Under the pieces are notes generated by a model. That model had not been told where the DNA came from. It saw only the letters and a program-made list of their open reading frames with translations, and ran no database searches. This document shows, piece by piece, positions 11,051 through 24,290 of a stretch of 64,000 nt of DNA (its first letter is position 1; each line of letters opens with the position of its first letter). A program made the translations under genes and the position numbers. Origin of the DNA: Anthoceros angustus (lineage: Eukaryota; Plantae; Anthocerotophyta); contig MU008160.1 in the NCBI GenBank assembly GCA_010909165.1, positions 1,674,001 to 1,738,000 of the forward strand, read 5' to 3'.

Positions 11051-11479
11051 CTCGCCTACCTCCTGCAGTTCATTCACAGCTTCCTTCCCAGCTGCAATGC
11101 AAACGGAGTTGGCTGTAGTCCGCAGTCCCAGCTGACAGTTCACAACTATCCTACAATTAGCAATAAATCTCAACAAGATAAAGGCCAGGCTTTATAGGAG
11201 GCGGCGGTCACTGTATTTTCGGAAGCGAGGTATAACCACGTGACGAGGGCAGACATTTAGGCCGGATTTCCATGCCTTGTGTAAAATATCCTGATTGAAT
11301 ACCTTGAGCAGCTCGGTATTCAAGGTCAGAAGGAATAGGTAGAAGGGAAAGCGAGACGGACACGATGCGGTGCCAACACGGGTGAACTTGTGAAGGTGAC
11401 AACGATGTGAAGCTTCATTAGCGGACAGATTACAGAGTCTACTGGAAAGAAAAAAAGAGTCGCTGGCGGAGACCGACAC

Positions 11480-12446
11480 TTAATATATCCGGACGGGCTT
11501 CCCCATGGTGGTCTTGAGATATAGTACCCTAACCTGCCACAGCGCACAGGGAATCAGGACTACAGCCTACAATGCTTGCTTTAGAAGAAAAAGGAGAGGA
11601 GGGGCAAGCAAAGCCGCGCAAAAATCTGCGTGCGAAGAAAGGAATCGACACTCACGTTTTGCCAATTCTTCTTCAACAAGGAAACCAGGAAGTTGACGCT
11701 GAGCTGCACATTTTGGAAAATCTGCTTCTCCTCCATAGCGCAGTTGCCGACAGCTACTCCCATGCACAGCACCTTCTTCAACTGGAACTTCACCATCGAC
11801 TTGGTTTCAGCAACCTTTGATTCCAGCGACTCCTGGTGCGAGACGAGGGCCGGGAACTTGCCAGCCTTGTTCAAACCGGGGCCAAGGAGCCTAGGGATTT
11901 GCTTGATGACGGCCTCAGACGCCAAAAACGCATGATACTTTTTGGCCAGCTTCTTCACCAGCTTCTTGTTCTTGTTCAGCTTCTTCAGACTCTCGACATC
12001 CATGTTGTCCAGGCCGAGCTTCTCAGCCTGCAAAACCAGGACATTTCATCTCAGGGAGCTGTGCATTGACCTACCCCGAACTCACGAAAATCGGGTAGGA
12101 GAACCCTACCTCTTCAATGTGCTGAGCGTCCCCGAGCATACACACTTTCATCTTCGGGCGTGGCTCGTGAGGCAGCCTCACGGAGCCGCTGAAACGCTTG
12201 TCCTTTTGAGGATCATAGTTCTTCAAGCCAACCTGAAGCTCCACAGTCTGGGTGAACTTCTTCGGTTTCTCCTTCACATCAGCCAGAAGCTGGGAGATGC
12301 TCTCCCTAAGCACCTCGCTCTGAAGCTTACTGCGAATACGCCACCATTCCGAAACCCATCCTTCGTCACTTCATCCACACCAGAGAGCTACAAAGACACT
12401 GACTTCATCCTGCGCATATTGGACAATCGCACCAAACATACCTCAT
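11480..12446 (-). CDS. RPL10A: 60S ribosomal protein L10a (uL1)
   Basis: ATG AG|intron|T AAG CTT CAG (MSKLQSEV). Canonical ETVELQ-like [56 protein letters not shown]. Last exon [17 protein letters not shown]. Confidence 0.97.
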
Positions 12447-13080
12447 GCTTCCCGCTGTCAACGCGCAGCCCTTGCTATCCTGCTAATGCTCTTCAGGTTG
12501 TCGCAGATATTGATGAACCCCTTCTTCTCCGCAGACATCAATAAACCCCTTGTTCTCCTTCCATATGACACATATGTAAGTTTGGTCATTCACAATCCAT
12601 AACCTCGAAACACGAGGTCATCAGGACTTTGTTTGTATCCACTTTGTGTTTGTTCGTATCTTACCAAGCAACTTCTCTTCACAGTGACCTCGATCGGATC
12701 GTTTCAAGCAGTGACCACCTACCGTTTTGCAGGCCATTCGTGGTACCAATTTAATGCAAAGAGGTCCACCGGATGGCCCTTCTTTTTAACACATCGACAA
12801 GACACTTCCATCTCTAGTTCAAGGTAAGGCATGCAGCCAGGGCTTTAAACGCGGTGGTAAGACGTGTGTAATGGGCAGCAGACTCTAGCACCACTCCTAA
12901 AGCCTGGCAGAACATTACTCGTTTTCGTTCCATTGCAAGAGCTTCATTCGAAGGTAGCGAACGAGGTGGTGGGACTCAACAGGCAGGGCCGCTCTAGTGG
13001 CCTCCTTCCAAGCTTTCCGTGGTCGTGGAGGCTGTGTTGCCCGTAGGTAAGAAGGCTTTCGGAGCTCAAGTGGTGACATC

Positions 13081-13190
13081 CAGGGTGTAATTGGTACTGG
13101 TGCTATCAAGGGTTTAATTCGTACTGGTGCTATGCAGGGTTTAATGGGTACTGGTGAAGTTTAACTGGTACCGGTGCTGGTGGAAGTTCA
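13081..13190. repeat. Degenerate about 27-nt tandem repeat (agggtttaat..gtactggtgctat), 3-4 copies
   Basis: Visible at 13081, 13108, 13136 and 13158. Confidence 0.6.
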
Positions 13191-13396
13191 AATGGTGACA
13201 TCCAGGGTTTTTCTAACACTCATGCCGATGGAAGGGTTTGGGGTTTGGGGATAACACCTCAAAGTGGGGTTTTTGTGGTACAGGTCCTGGTGGAAGGGTT
13301 TAGGGTTAACACCTCAAAGTCTGAGTGAAGGATACGATCTAACTCTTCCTCGTAGAAAATGAAGAAAGGGGTGAAAATCTCAAGCAAGCGATAAAT

Positions 13397-13510
13397 AGTG
13401 TAGAGATTTTGGATACAAGCAGTTCTCAACCTAGAGCTAATGTGAATTCTAGTAACAGTGTAGAGACCATGGACACAAGTAGTTCTCAGGCTAGAGCTGA
13501 TGTGAATCCT
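13397..13510 (+). repeat. 60-nt tandem duplication, coding-like (SVEILDTSSSQPRANVN / SVETMDTSSSQARADVN)
   Basis: agtgtagaga recurs at 13397 and 13457. Probable TE ORF remnant. Confidence 0.7.
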
Positions 13511-13769
13511 TTTTCTGAGGATCAACGTAGTAGTAATATGGTTACTAGTAACCCTAATCCTCAGATCCAGGTAGTCCTAATATGAATCATGTTTCTCAAG
13601 ATCATTTGACACAGAGTCATTCGGATTGGGTTCGGGGATTTTGCAAGTTTGTCGGAATGAGGAACTTACCTCCGAGTTCACGCTGGCCAGGCCTAACCGC
13701 AGCTCAACATTGAGACGGTCCCGATCAGATTCCTGAAATGAAAGAGGAAGGCCACGCTGAGGAAGTCCA

Positions 13770-15640
13770 AAAAAAAAAGAAACAAAGCCCTCCATTTGTC
13801 CATACACAACAAGCGCCTCTTGGCCGAGTCCTTGCTATGCATACCCAGCTATCAGGGCATTCCATGTCACCACATTTTTTGAGGCCAGACTGTCAAAAAC
13901 CTGCCGTGCATCTTCCATTTCACCACATTTTGCATACATGTCCACCACACAGGTACCCACCAATACATCATCCAGGAGTCCTCTTTCGACAATCTCCGAG
14001 TGCAACTGCCTGCCCTTCTGTAAGGCACCAGTGCTTGCACAGGCCTTCAGAAGGCAAGCAAAAGTGACATCATCAGCCAAAAGGAGGCCCGCCTCCTCCA
14101 TTTGTGCATACACAACAAGCGCCTCTTGGCCAAGTCCTTGCTGTGCATACCCGGCAATCAGGGCGGTCCATGTCACCACATCCTTTGTGGTCAAGCTGTC
14201 AAAAGCCTGTTGTGCATCTTTTAGTTGTCATCCAGCAGTCCTCTTCGGAGAATCTGTGAGTGCAGCTGCCTGCCCTCCTGTAAGGCACCAGTGCTTCCAC
14301 AGGCTTTCAGAAGACAGGCAAAAGTAGTATTGTCAGCCAAACGCAGGCCCTCCTGCTCCATTTGTCCATACAGAACAAGTGCCTCATGTCCGAGCCCTTG
14401 CTGGACATACCCAGTTATCAGGGCATTCCATGTCACAACATTCTTTGTGGCCATGCTGTCAACCTGGCGTGCATCTTTCAGTTCACCACACTTTGCGTAT
14501 CCAGATATCAGAGCATTGCATGTCACCACATCCTTTGAGGCCATGCTGTCAAAAACCTGGCGTGCCTCTTCCAGTTCGCCACATTTTGCATACATGTCCA
14601 CCAGGCAGTTGCCAACAAACAAGTCAGCAGGAATACCACTACGCAACACATCACTGTGCACTTTTCTGCCAGATTCCAAGTCGGCGGCAAATGCACAAGC
14701 TTGAAGGGCAGCTACAAAAGGCGTGAGCATCCGCCTTCACTTCTGACCTATGCATCTCATAGTACAGCTGTATGGCCTCCTTTCCCATGCTTAGCATATC
14801 CAGAGATTATGGAAGACCACATGAAGACATCTGGTTTGCCCACCCTGGTGAGCACATCCATGGCCTCCTGCAGACTACCTCGACATGCATACATGCGCAA
14901 GATATGGTTCCCCAAGTATGCATCCGACTCGTACCCGAGTTTGATAGAGAGGTCATGCACTCTTCGCCCCCTCTTCTTAGCTGTACACAGTTTCAGCACA
15001 GTGTAAAACAGAGACTGAGAAACAGCAAAGTCTGTCTGCGCCAAAGATTCCAGGGCTCCAACGGCCTCGGAAAGCTTCCTCTGCTGACATAACGCCATCA
15101 CGGTTACAGCCGTGACGACGCCCATTTCTGATCCTGCACTTGTGCCAGATTCAGGATTATCCGGAGAGACTTGGAGGGAGAGAGACACCATGGCCCATCT
15201 GAAAATCCAAAGAAACGAGCTATTCATCAACCCAAGCTGGCTTGAGCATGCTGTTTAACCACAGGACCTCGCCGGACCCCTTACGACGGAAATCAGGCGA
15301 ACGGGAGCTCTTCATATCTCGTCTGTTGTCCCACCACATGGTAGGGTCCTGAAGAAATGGCTGCCACAAGTGCTCCAGCTCCTGGCGACGACCATCGTTG
15401 GAGAATTCGTCCCAACCCACACATTTTCTCAGAAGTGGAAGCTGGGCTCCTTAGATTGCTGCACCTGGAGGATTTGTTTGCCAGGTGCTGACCCCCTAAG
15501 ACGAGGTGAGCGGGAGCTCCTCGTAGAATCCCTGTACACACACCAATTTCTTGGGTCCCCAACGGTCCTGGCTGCCATACTGTGGCCATCGTTCAGGGAC
15601 CGATGTCGGAAGATGAGTCTAATACAAACAGGCAATGCCA
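13770..15640 (-). pseudogene. PLS-class PPR pseudogene with N-terminal OSB-type PDF (WWDNR) motif; no E/DYW domain
   Basis: PLS motifs (DVVTWTALIAGYAQQG, DDVTFACLLKAC, VGTCVVDMYAKCG) are spread over several frames. In-frame stops at 15222-15220, 14223-14221 and 13837-13835, at least three frameshifts and an internal deletion. WQPFLQDPTMWWDNRRDMKSSRSPDFRRKGSGEVLWL at about 15350-15240. Confidence 0.88.
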
Positions 15641-16161
15641 GGATCCCCAGGTACTTTGCATGACCACACCATACGGGCTGGCTCCGATGAGCCCAAACCC
15701 GGAAGACTTGAATGGAAACAAGAGTGTGTAAACGGGCTGGCTCTCATGTACATCGATGCAAACAAGCAGAAAGCATCTCTGCAGAAAGGATGTCTAGTGC
15801 TACCTACACATGCTATGGTCGTAGATGAAGCTAGGAAACCCTGAAAAAAAAAAAAATTACACCGAGACAGGTCCACAACGTGTGAGGCTTTTTTCTCAAG
15901 CTAATAGTTCATGCTCCATGCTCGGGCCCTGCTGGCCAAGTCCCGCAACTGGATGCGACGGTGCAGAACCAAACAAGCGAAAAGCGTAGCAGTGTCACTG
16001 CGGCCGAGCCGCTTGCTGCCCGCAGGTGTGAAACAGACTTTTACACCACATTTCGAAAGCAGCAGGCGAACAAAAACGAGCGACCAAGTGGACGAGTCCG
16101 CAGGAATCTGCACACGCCACAGTCTGCTTGTGACGGAGCCATCGGCTTGGAGCGGGAGAGG

Positions 16162-16607
16162 ATGTTCAACAAGAAGGAGATTTTGAAGTTGGCCAAGGGC
16201 TTCAGAGGCAGGTCCAAAAATTGCATCCGGGCGGCGAGGGATCGTGTGGAGAAGGCGCTTCAGTATGCCTACAGAGATCGGCGCAACAAGAAGAGGGATA
16301 TGCGAGGTCTGTGGATTCAGCGGATCAATGCCGGCAGCCGGCAGTACGGGGTAAGGCTGCGGTGTAGGCTTGGAGAGCTGGGGCATCGTGTTGCTGTAAA
16401 TCTCGTGGCTGTAAATTGGTGTGTGCCTTTCATGCGCTGCAGGTGAACTACGGGCAGCTCATGTGCGGCTTGAACAAGGAGAACATTCAGCTTAACAGGA
16501 AGGTTCTTTCAGAGCTTGCAATGCACGAGCCTTACAGCTTCAAGACACTGGTTCAGGTTGCCAAGGCTGCCGATCCCCGGCCCGGGTTGAAGCAATTGCT
16601 GCCCTGA
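16162..16607 (+). CDS. RPL20: Mitochondrial-type ribosomal protein L20 (bL20m)
   Basis: Exons 16162-16350 and 16443-16607. [35 protein letters not shown]|[24 protein letters not shown] matches plant nuclear-encoded mitochondrial L20. Confidence 0.93.
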
Positions 16608-16825
16608 GTGATTTAGGTTACATCCGTCAACTCCGGCCCATGTTGCACACAGGAGGAGCACACAGCACTTTTTTCCACTGCACACGCGTTCTCCGGCAAC
16701 CAGCTCCCCAGGGAAGCTGTGGCATTTCCATGTCGACAATGTAAGGATTTCCTCTCATGTCCTCTCGTGGTGTACTCAATGGATGGGAGTGTGGAGCTGC
16801 CCGGCGAGGTAGCTCCATCCCTGCT

Positions 16826-18427
16826 TTACTGATTGTACCAGTGAAGGAAGAGGAGTGTGATGTTAAGAACAACTATGAACAGCAGCAAAAATAGCATGTT
16901 GCTCCTTTTGTTCTGAATCGTTTTGTTCAGCTCCTTGTTGCCTGCTTCTACGTTGTGTGTAGCATTCACCGCCTACATGACAGATAGAAACAAAATAACT
17001 AACTTGTGTCATTTACAGCACAGCGGGGCACGCTGTTCAGACGTCGTACCTGCTGATATAGCTGCTCAATCTGCTGAGCTTGTCGATGCACATGGGTGGA
17101 GAACAAGTGGTTCAAAGCAGACATTTCCAGCATACTTTTCTGTGTTTGTTGCACTGAAGCCATTGTTTCAGTCAACTCAATCTGCAAAGACGGAACAGAG
17201 CTCAATGCCATAAAGTGTTAGCTTTCACATATTTCAAGTCATGTACCGAGCAGTCGAGGGCGTTACCTGTAGCATGCGGGTCTCTTCATCTAACGCTGCT
17301 TGATACGAACTTCTACCAGTTGTCACACTGGACTCCTCCGGGGGTTCGTCCCTTTCTGGAAAATAAGCATGATCCACCACAGCTTGCATCTGGAGCCCTC
17401 GCCTAAGCTTTGGAAGTCTTCGATCAATGGACTCTTGGAACCTTACGGCACGAAGTCGGTCGAACAGAGTAGTGACAACACGAAGACGCTCGCTGAGGAT
17501 CAAAACCTGCCTTGCCCAGAAAAGGGTCATACAAAAACCATGAGAAACATCATCACCTTCAAGGGTACTTCAGTGGATAAACGACGGCGTAAGCCTGAGA
17601 ATTCTGAGAGCTTACCAAACCAGTCTCGTGGGCAATCAGATCTGCATTGCGTGGAGCACTTCCAATAGCATCCCGCCAGGTCGATCCCTGCGTTTTCCTC
17701 TGCTCCATGCCTATGCTGTCCTTGAGGACATCAATTCGTTCACGGCAAGCTTTCACAAACAGCCCGACCTGACAAAGCAGCAGCCCCATTCCGTATTATG
17801 CTTCTTGTAGTACAGACCCTCCACACAACACAGTACTCTTCAAAACAGCAAGAATGTGGAACCATCACCTCATGCTCAATGTTGTCCCGCTCTTGTTCAG
17901 AACTTCGATACCTATCTAAGTAGTCTTTCCGATGCGTCACGATAAAAGAATGCATCGTTCGGATGTTCCCCAGCTGCAGAAACATCAAATCTTCAGACAC
18001 CCTGAAGACGATCTCACAAGAAACAAAAGAACTGAAGCGATGCAACCAACTGGATACCCACAATCTCCACAGCTTCGAGAAGAAATCTCGACTTCGGCTG
18101 GGTTTTGGTCATGATCAAAGAGGATGTGACCTTGGTCATTTTCGTCTGCATGAAAATGGGAAATGGTGAGCAAAGCAAAAACGTGAAGACTTCCATTCAA
18201 ACAAACCTTCCTGACAACAAGCACAACTGTGCTATCCCTCACCTCCCTACCAACCCACCAAAACTCGATATCTGCAATCGGCAGGCAAAAAGAATTCGAC
18301 CTGGGATCCAACAACTACTGAAAAGACGGTTCTGGAGAGGACAAAATACCGCATCGTATCCAAGCTTTCCAGCAGCTGACCGAACGGCATCCCTGAAGCT
18401 CTCGGTAACATCCTTCACGCTTGCCAT
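16826..18427 (-). CDS. SYP81: Syntaxin-81 / syntaxin-18-like ER Qa-SNARE
   Basis: KDVTESFRDAVR, HRKDYLD..EQERDNIE, VLILSERL..FDRLRAVRFQ, MLEMSALNHLFSTHV..QAQQIEQLY, and last exon AVNATHNVEAGNKEL..FLLLFIVVLNITLLFLHWYNQ*. Confidence 0.92.
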
Positions 18428-18937
18428 GGTTGATCATAATCATAACCTACACAATCCTGGACCCGTCTGCAAACCTCAAAACGCCGTGTATCATGTCCAC
18501 AATCGTCCAGCCACACATCCCATCCCTTCTCGCCAATTCTGTTAATCGCCCTTCCACTCTCCTGAGCTCAAATTAGCCCAAAAGACCAGCGATTGTGCCT
18601 AGCAGGACGTTGCAACTGCATTCCCAGGCGACGATGTCAAACTTCCTGGCAAGCTTTTGGAGGAGCTGAAAATCACTCTACTCGATCTCATCCAACATAC
18701 TCCCTTCAACCAAAAGAGCACTTCGCTCCGAGTACTTCTACGTTTTGGGTCTCACAATTTGTCCCCCTACGATATGGCGTAACTACAACAGCCGGGTTGG
18801 GAGCATGCGGAAACCACTGAATTTGCATGCGAGCAGCTCATGGTGAGGAGAGCAACATCGCGGGCAATTGACGGCTTGGGCCTTTTTATGTAGGTCTCGG
18901 TCATGTAATGACCAGAGTCGCTCGAACTTTGATGTAG

Positions 18938-21900
18938 ATGGAATCCTCTGAAGCCCTGCACGATGAGGAGGAGAGGAGGCTGGATGCCGACGCGCAAGAG
19001 CTGGAGCTTGCCATTTGCAGCCTGTTCGATACTAGCGGGCATAGCGAGAAACAGCAGCTTGCCAATCAGTGGCTCAACCAGTTCGTAGGAACTCCTCGGG
19101 CTTGGACAGTTTCTCTATATCTTGCCTTTCCACCTGCGAATTCTGGTGTCCGAGGTCTACAGGAAGTTCGATTTTTCGCTCTCAACCTTTTGCTGTCGAA
19201 GATCCGGAATGACTGGGTGCAGCTGTCTCAACAAGATGCTCAGGAAATTTACGAGACTCTTGTCCAGCAGCTGCCTCTGATCCGACATGATAGTGTTGTG
19301 GCATCAAGGTTGTCTATTGTGATCTGTGCAGCAGCTGCTGTTGTTGGTGAAGTGGCCTGTTACGAGGTTGGTGCCTGTGAGACCAGATCATATTTCCTTC
19401 ACCAACTGTGCAGCTCGTTATTGCAGCAGCGTTTTTGTTTGGATGGAATTTGATGGTGCTTGCGGGTCTATTGAAACCAGCTGATTGAGAGCATCATTGG
19501 AAGCGTTGATGTTGCTCCTACTGTGGAGCGATTTTTTTGGATAGATCTTCTTGCAGCACTGGCTGAAGAGGTGTTGCCTCGGTCACGGTCTCTTTCAGCA
19601 GAGGTATGGAAAGTCGCAAGCAATATGACTAGGTCTGCGTAGCAAGCATTGATTTGGCCAGGGTGCAGGGACATTCACAGGTTGACCTTCGTTCCGCTGA
19701 AAGTAATGGTCGGTCCTTTTTGTTTGGACAGGTTGGCAGATGTTTGCAGGACTGCTGCTCTCAAGTACTGCAATACCTTGACAATACAGTCAGCTTGCCT
19801 GATCAAAGCGGGGACATTCTCCCAAGAGTTCTTACGTGTTTGGAGCGATGGTAGGTCCAAACAGGTGCTTCATCTCCCTTTTGCACACTTGCAGACCTCC
19901 AGCAGACTGACAAATTGAAGAGGTGCACCCGGAATGTGATGGATGCACAACAGGATCCCAGCAGGTGTTACCTTGTCGGAAGTCTTTTCAGACAACAAAA
20001 TGCTTTTCCAGTCGATGATACATGGGCTTGGTTCACCCAGCGAAGCCTGCTTTGATGCAGCTGTAGCTGCTTCTGTGGAACTTGTATCTTCTGTGGACCC
20101 TCTGCCAGGCAGACACGAAGCCATGCGTGCAATCACAGCAGGTAAGCTATCTGCAGGTTATTTTGGCTGAACCCCTTTGTGCCTGTGTTATTGCACTTGT
20201 GCAGCTCTGAAATTTTTTACTTGCCAACGCTAGTGCTTGTTGGTTTTGGCTGAAGAGTGCAGCAATTCTTGCAAACAGAGGAGCTTATCTAGCAAATGTG
20301 GGTTCACCAACTGCAATGGATTCACCATTCAGAAAGCGAGCATTGGGCCTCTGCACTTTGCTTGGAGCTACATGTGTTGCTGAGGCACCCCTTGTTGCAA
20401 AAGGAGAGTATGAAGCGACTGAGTTGCTTAATTGGCTGGTCGATGCCTCCGGAGGAGGTGGGGGCCTGGGAATAGAAGGTGCTATGAGGGTTGTCGATGC
20501 CTGGCCACGACTTTTGGCAGTTCCTGCAGCTAGACGTGCAGAAATTCTCCAGATACCACTTTTTGCCAGTGCAGCACAGGTACCATGTTGGCTGGTTTGA
20601 GTTAATTTGCTAAGCTTTGTGCTAGTTATGATAGTAACCCATAATGCAAAGCGTGCTAGTAATATAAAACCGTACTCAGGCTGTTATGCAGGTCACCATG
20701 TATCCAGCAGATTTTGAAAGCTGGGAGGTTTCTGAGACTGATGAAGACAATTTCTATCGGTAAGTTTTTACTCATTTCTTTTCTCGTCATGCCTCAAGCT
20801 AGAATATGAAGCTGGTGCTGAGTTGCTGTGTCTATTTATCAGGTTTCGTGAAAGCTTTGCTGAAGAGGTGCTGGGCTCATTGTATCGAGAAATGGGGGCT
20901 GTCTTCCTCCAGTTTATCTTGGAGAAGCTTCAGCTGGCAGCCACATGGCAAATTGCCGAAGTGTGTGTTTTTGCCGCTGCTGCTCTAAGAGATCAGCTTC
21001 GATCGGACATGAAACTCCCGGACAAGACAGTTACAGTCAATTCGTTTGTACAAACAGTCATAAGTCAGATGCCAGGAAGGGGAGCTGTCACCACCAAGGG
21101 TATGCCAGCTCCCAAAATCAATACTCTTTCTTACCCTACTCCAGATGCTTCCCAGTTATTTTCGCTGGGAAAATAAGTGAAGATGTTGATGCTTGTTAAC
21201 TCTTGGATCTGGTGTTCTGGCCAGATAAAGAGAGTTTGCCACATGGGCGAATGGTTGAGACGGCTGTCACTGCACTTGGACGATATGCAGATTGGGCCGC
21301 TTTGGACTCAAATCTGTTAGGAATAGCGGTTCAGTATTCTCTTGGGGCCCTTTACGTTAGTGATGGTATGTATGCTTAGTTGGTGGTTTTAGCAGTCATC
21401 AATGTGAAGGCAGACAGCTCATGGGCGCTACTTCTATGCCTTGTGTGGTGCAGCTAGGGGACAAGCTTGCAAAGCTCTGAGGGAGATCTGTATAGCTGCC
21501 GCCCCAAACATTGCAGCAGCTCAGGCACTTGCACCTCTCATGTCGGAATGTGAAGCGGCTGGATTATCAATGGATATTGACGTAGGTGAACGCTTGGCGA
21601 TGGTTCAAGCGCTTGCTATTGTAGCAGCTGCCCTTCCCCCTACAGAGAGCCGACCAGCATTTGCTCGCCTCACAGCTTCTGCAGCTGCCACCCTGAGGAC
21701 CTTATCAGTGTCACAGGTGTTTATCCCCTTAACACTGTGTACTTTTTTCTTATTTTCATGTTCTTTGGTTGGCTTCAGCATAAGCTGTACATAGATTTGG
21801 CTGGTATTGACATTCTCATGGGAACTCTTCTGAATGTTTCAGGAGAGGGCAGAGGCCACTGGAAAGGCTCTTTCTTGTGAAGTCAGAGTATTCTCTGCTG

Positions 21901-23356
21901 TCCTGGACTGTGGGGCAAACGAGATTGCCTTGCAAGAAATTCTCCCAGTATTGCAAGAAATATGGCCGGTGTTAGACTCAGTGGCAACAACTTGGGCAGC
22001 AGATTCTGAAGTGGCCAGCAGCTTGTGTGAGCTTTGGGCAATTCTAGCACGAAAAGTAGGTCTGCTGCTTGCTGGCTGGATCCCTGACATAATTGCAAGG
22101 GCTACAGCTATGTTCAAGCAGCACCTGCGTTCTGTTTGTCTTGAGTGCTTGTGTGATGTAAGTTTCGGAAAGCTCATTTCGGATTTCAGTTACTGGAATA
22201 GCAAAAGGTGTCTCCTTGGAAATGACAGTAATGAGCTTGTTCTGTCTGGCAGGTTGTTGCCCTGAGCTCAAAGGGGTTGGTAACTGATCAAGTGGATTTC
22301 GCACACTCGCTCTCATCCATGCTACTGGAGATCACAAGGGCCATTCCAGGATTTGAGAGAATACTGGAAGCTACGGATATGTACAGAGGCTCTGCAAATT
22401 CAACCGATGTAGTCCCTCACCATAAGGAGAAGGCAAAATGGCAAGAAAATGCCGCAGATGTTCTCGGGGCTGTATGTCGTCTGGGAAGAAGCTTTCTCCA
22501 CAACCAGCCTGTTTTGTTATTGCCATCGCTTGGTTTCCCTCAAATTGTCCAGTGCTCAATCGGTTAGTGTGGTGTCTCTCCCAAAGGCGAGAGAAACTAT
22601 TTTGTAACTGTGATCATGCACATCTGCTGAAAGTCTTCTGAGTTCCTTTCCAGCCGAGAGCTTCTGACAACCTTGTATTTTTTTGCTCATTGACTAGGTT
22701 GTATTAAACGGAAGGAGGTGGGACCCGCCCTTGGAGCTGCTAATTTCCTAGCAGATGTTATCTTCTGCTCAACCTTCAGTGAAGAAGACGTAAAGGACAT
22801 AACTGTGTGGCGACTGCCACAAGAGCTAGTACCTCATGTCGACCAAGTTGTTAGCTTGTGTGGGGTTTCAGTGGTGGAGGTAAGAATGGTGGAATGGCTT
22901 TACATGACTTTTTAAGCTATTGCCTTGGTACTGATGAATGGATGAAGCTGGTGGGTGCAGGTAGTTTTGTCGTCTCTGGCTAGCAGTCCCACTATCCCCC
23001 AGCTGAGGGAGGCTGTGGCCATGGTTCTCTACGCCCTGTGCTCCCGATATGGTGTTGCCACAAGGGCTGCAATGTCGACCACTTTGATGTCCATTGACTT
23101 CCCTGTCAGACCTGGTTTGCTGACAGAGGCAGATAAGAACATGTTCATCGACGCTGCTGTCCGTCAACCTCTGCACCCAAGGAGGCGGTTTCAAGGTGTG
23201 TTCACCCTGGTCATACAACAGGATGGGAGATTCACTCCACCAATCTTTCTTTTTGCTGACTTCTGCACTCGGATGGTTGCAGAGCTTATAGCAGATTTCT
23301 GTAATGTTTGCCAAGGGCTGATGCCCGCAGAGACTTTAGGCGCCTACTGTAATTAA
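18938..23356 (+). CDS. Importin-beta family karyopherin (transportin-SR/importin-13-like), multi-exon
   Basis: IBN_N-like start (LANQWLNQF..AW..EVRFFALNLLLSKIRNDW) followed by HEAT-repeat exons (LLAALAEE, FYRFRE..EEVL, CELW). Exact exon set not fully resolved. Confidence 0.8.
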
Positions 23357-23539
23357 CGCCTGCAGCGACTTGAGAAACGCACTGTAATTAACACCAGCTT
23401 CGTGCTTACGAACATGTCAAAGCTACTGTTCTCCGCTACCTGAAGTTAGTCGGCTAAAGGGCCAAAGGAGGGGTGACATTATGGTTGCGGCCCAATGCAA
23501 GACCGCTTGTTGAGATGCCAATCCCGAAATTCATTTGTA

Positions 23540-23645
23540 ACTGCAGTAGCGCACGGATGTCCCGATGCAAAGAGAACGAAAGGTAGTTCTGCATGCAAAC
23601 AAAGTAGAATTCGTGCTCAAAAGGTTCTACATGTGAGCATTGAAA
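23540..23645. repeat. Diverged direct copy of 24303-24410 (sequence just 3' of PIGN)
   Basis: Shared cagtag.gcacgga..cc.gat.caa.gagaac and caaagtagaattcgtgct..aa..gttctacatgtga. Confidence 0.75.
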
Positions 23646-23699
23646 CCTGCCAGCTGAGTGAGATCGGCCGGTTGCAACCGCCTCCGGACTCCGAGTTGG

Positions 23700-23855
23700 A
23701 GGCGCTAGCTTCGACTGCCACTGTGCACCTTGTACTCCAGAGCGGCGCCTTTTTGCTAGGCTACCTGGCCAATTCTGGCCAATTTCTTTCGTTTGATTCG
23801 AAAGATGGCCTCAATCCCGAGCCTGAAGTGTCACTCGCCTCTGCTATTCGGGTTG
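23700..23855 (+). pseudogene. Dead copy of exon 1 of the 6454-7009 gene
   Basis: atggcctcaatcccgagcctgaagtgtcactcgcctctgctattcgg|gt versus atggcttcaatgcctgactcagagccggaaattccactcgcgtctgccattcgagag|gt (EPEVSLASAIR vs EPEIPLASAIR), with a frameshifting deletion after the ATG. Confidence 0.6.
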
Positions 23856-23884
23856 GGATTATAGGTTTTAGCTAGTATACCGAG

Positions 23885-24290
23885 CGTTCCCGGCATCTGC
23901 TCCACTTTCCGCTTCACTGTCGCTGCCTTCAAACACTGTCTGTCTGGTTTCCTACCATATCCTCGTCTCTCGGACTCAAGTCTGCCTTCCTTACGTTGTG
24001 TGCTACAGCATTTTTTAACTCCTTCAGCTTCGCCTTTCTCGAGTTGAGTATTGCCACAAACTGGGACAACATTAAAATCCGCGACGCATTCCCGATCACT
24101 CTGAATGTTCCATGCACAAGGGCAGATACAGTCTGTCTATCAAACGTCTTTCCTTCTAGACAAGATGTCGACTTGATGGCGGGGCCTTGCAAGCAGCTGA
24201 TCGAGCCAGATGATGAGCACGCTGTTGATGTTCTTCTTACGCCGCGTGTTGAGCTTTACTATGGTGTTGGCCTAATGCAAGACTAGTTTG
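23885..24290 (-). pseudogene. XRCC4: XRCC4 C-terminal fragment (disrupted)
   Basis: cag|FVAILNSRKAKLKELKN matches the XRCC4 coiled-coil motif (KFLSVLNAKKAKLR in plants). An acidic tail TD/FEGSDSEAES follows after a frameshift. The upstream exon carries stops and no head domain is seen. Confidence 0.6.

Noticed and set aside
13835-15222. CAG-to-TAG stops in the PPR gene as sites repairable by U-to-C editing
   Set aside because: Such editing is organellar, the gene is nuclear, and it also has several frameshifts and a deletion. It is an ordinary pseudogene.
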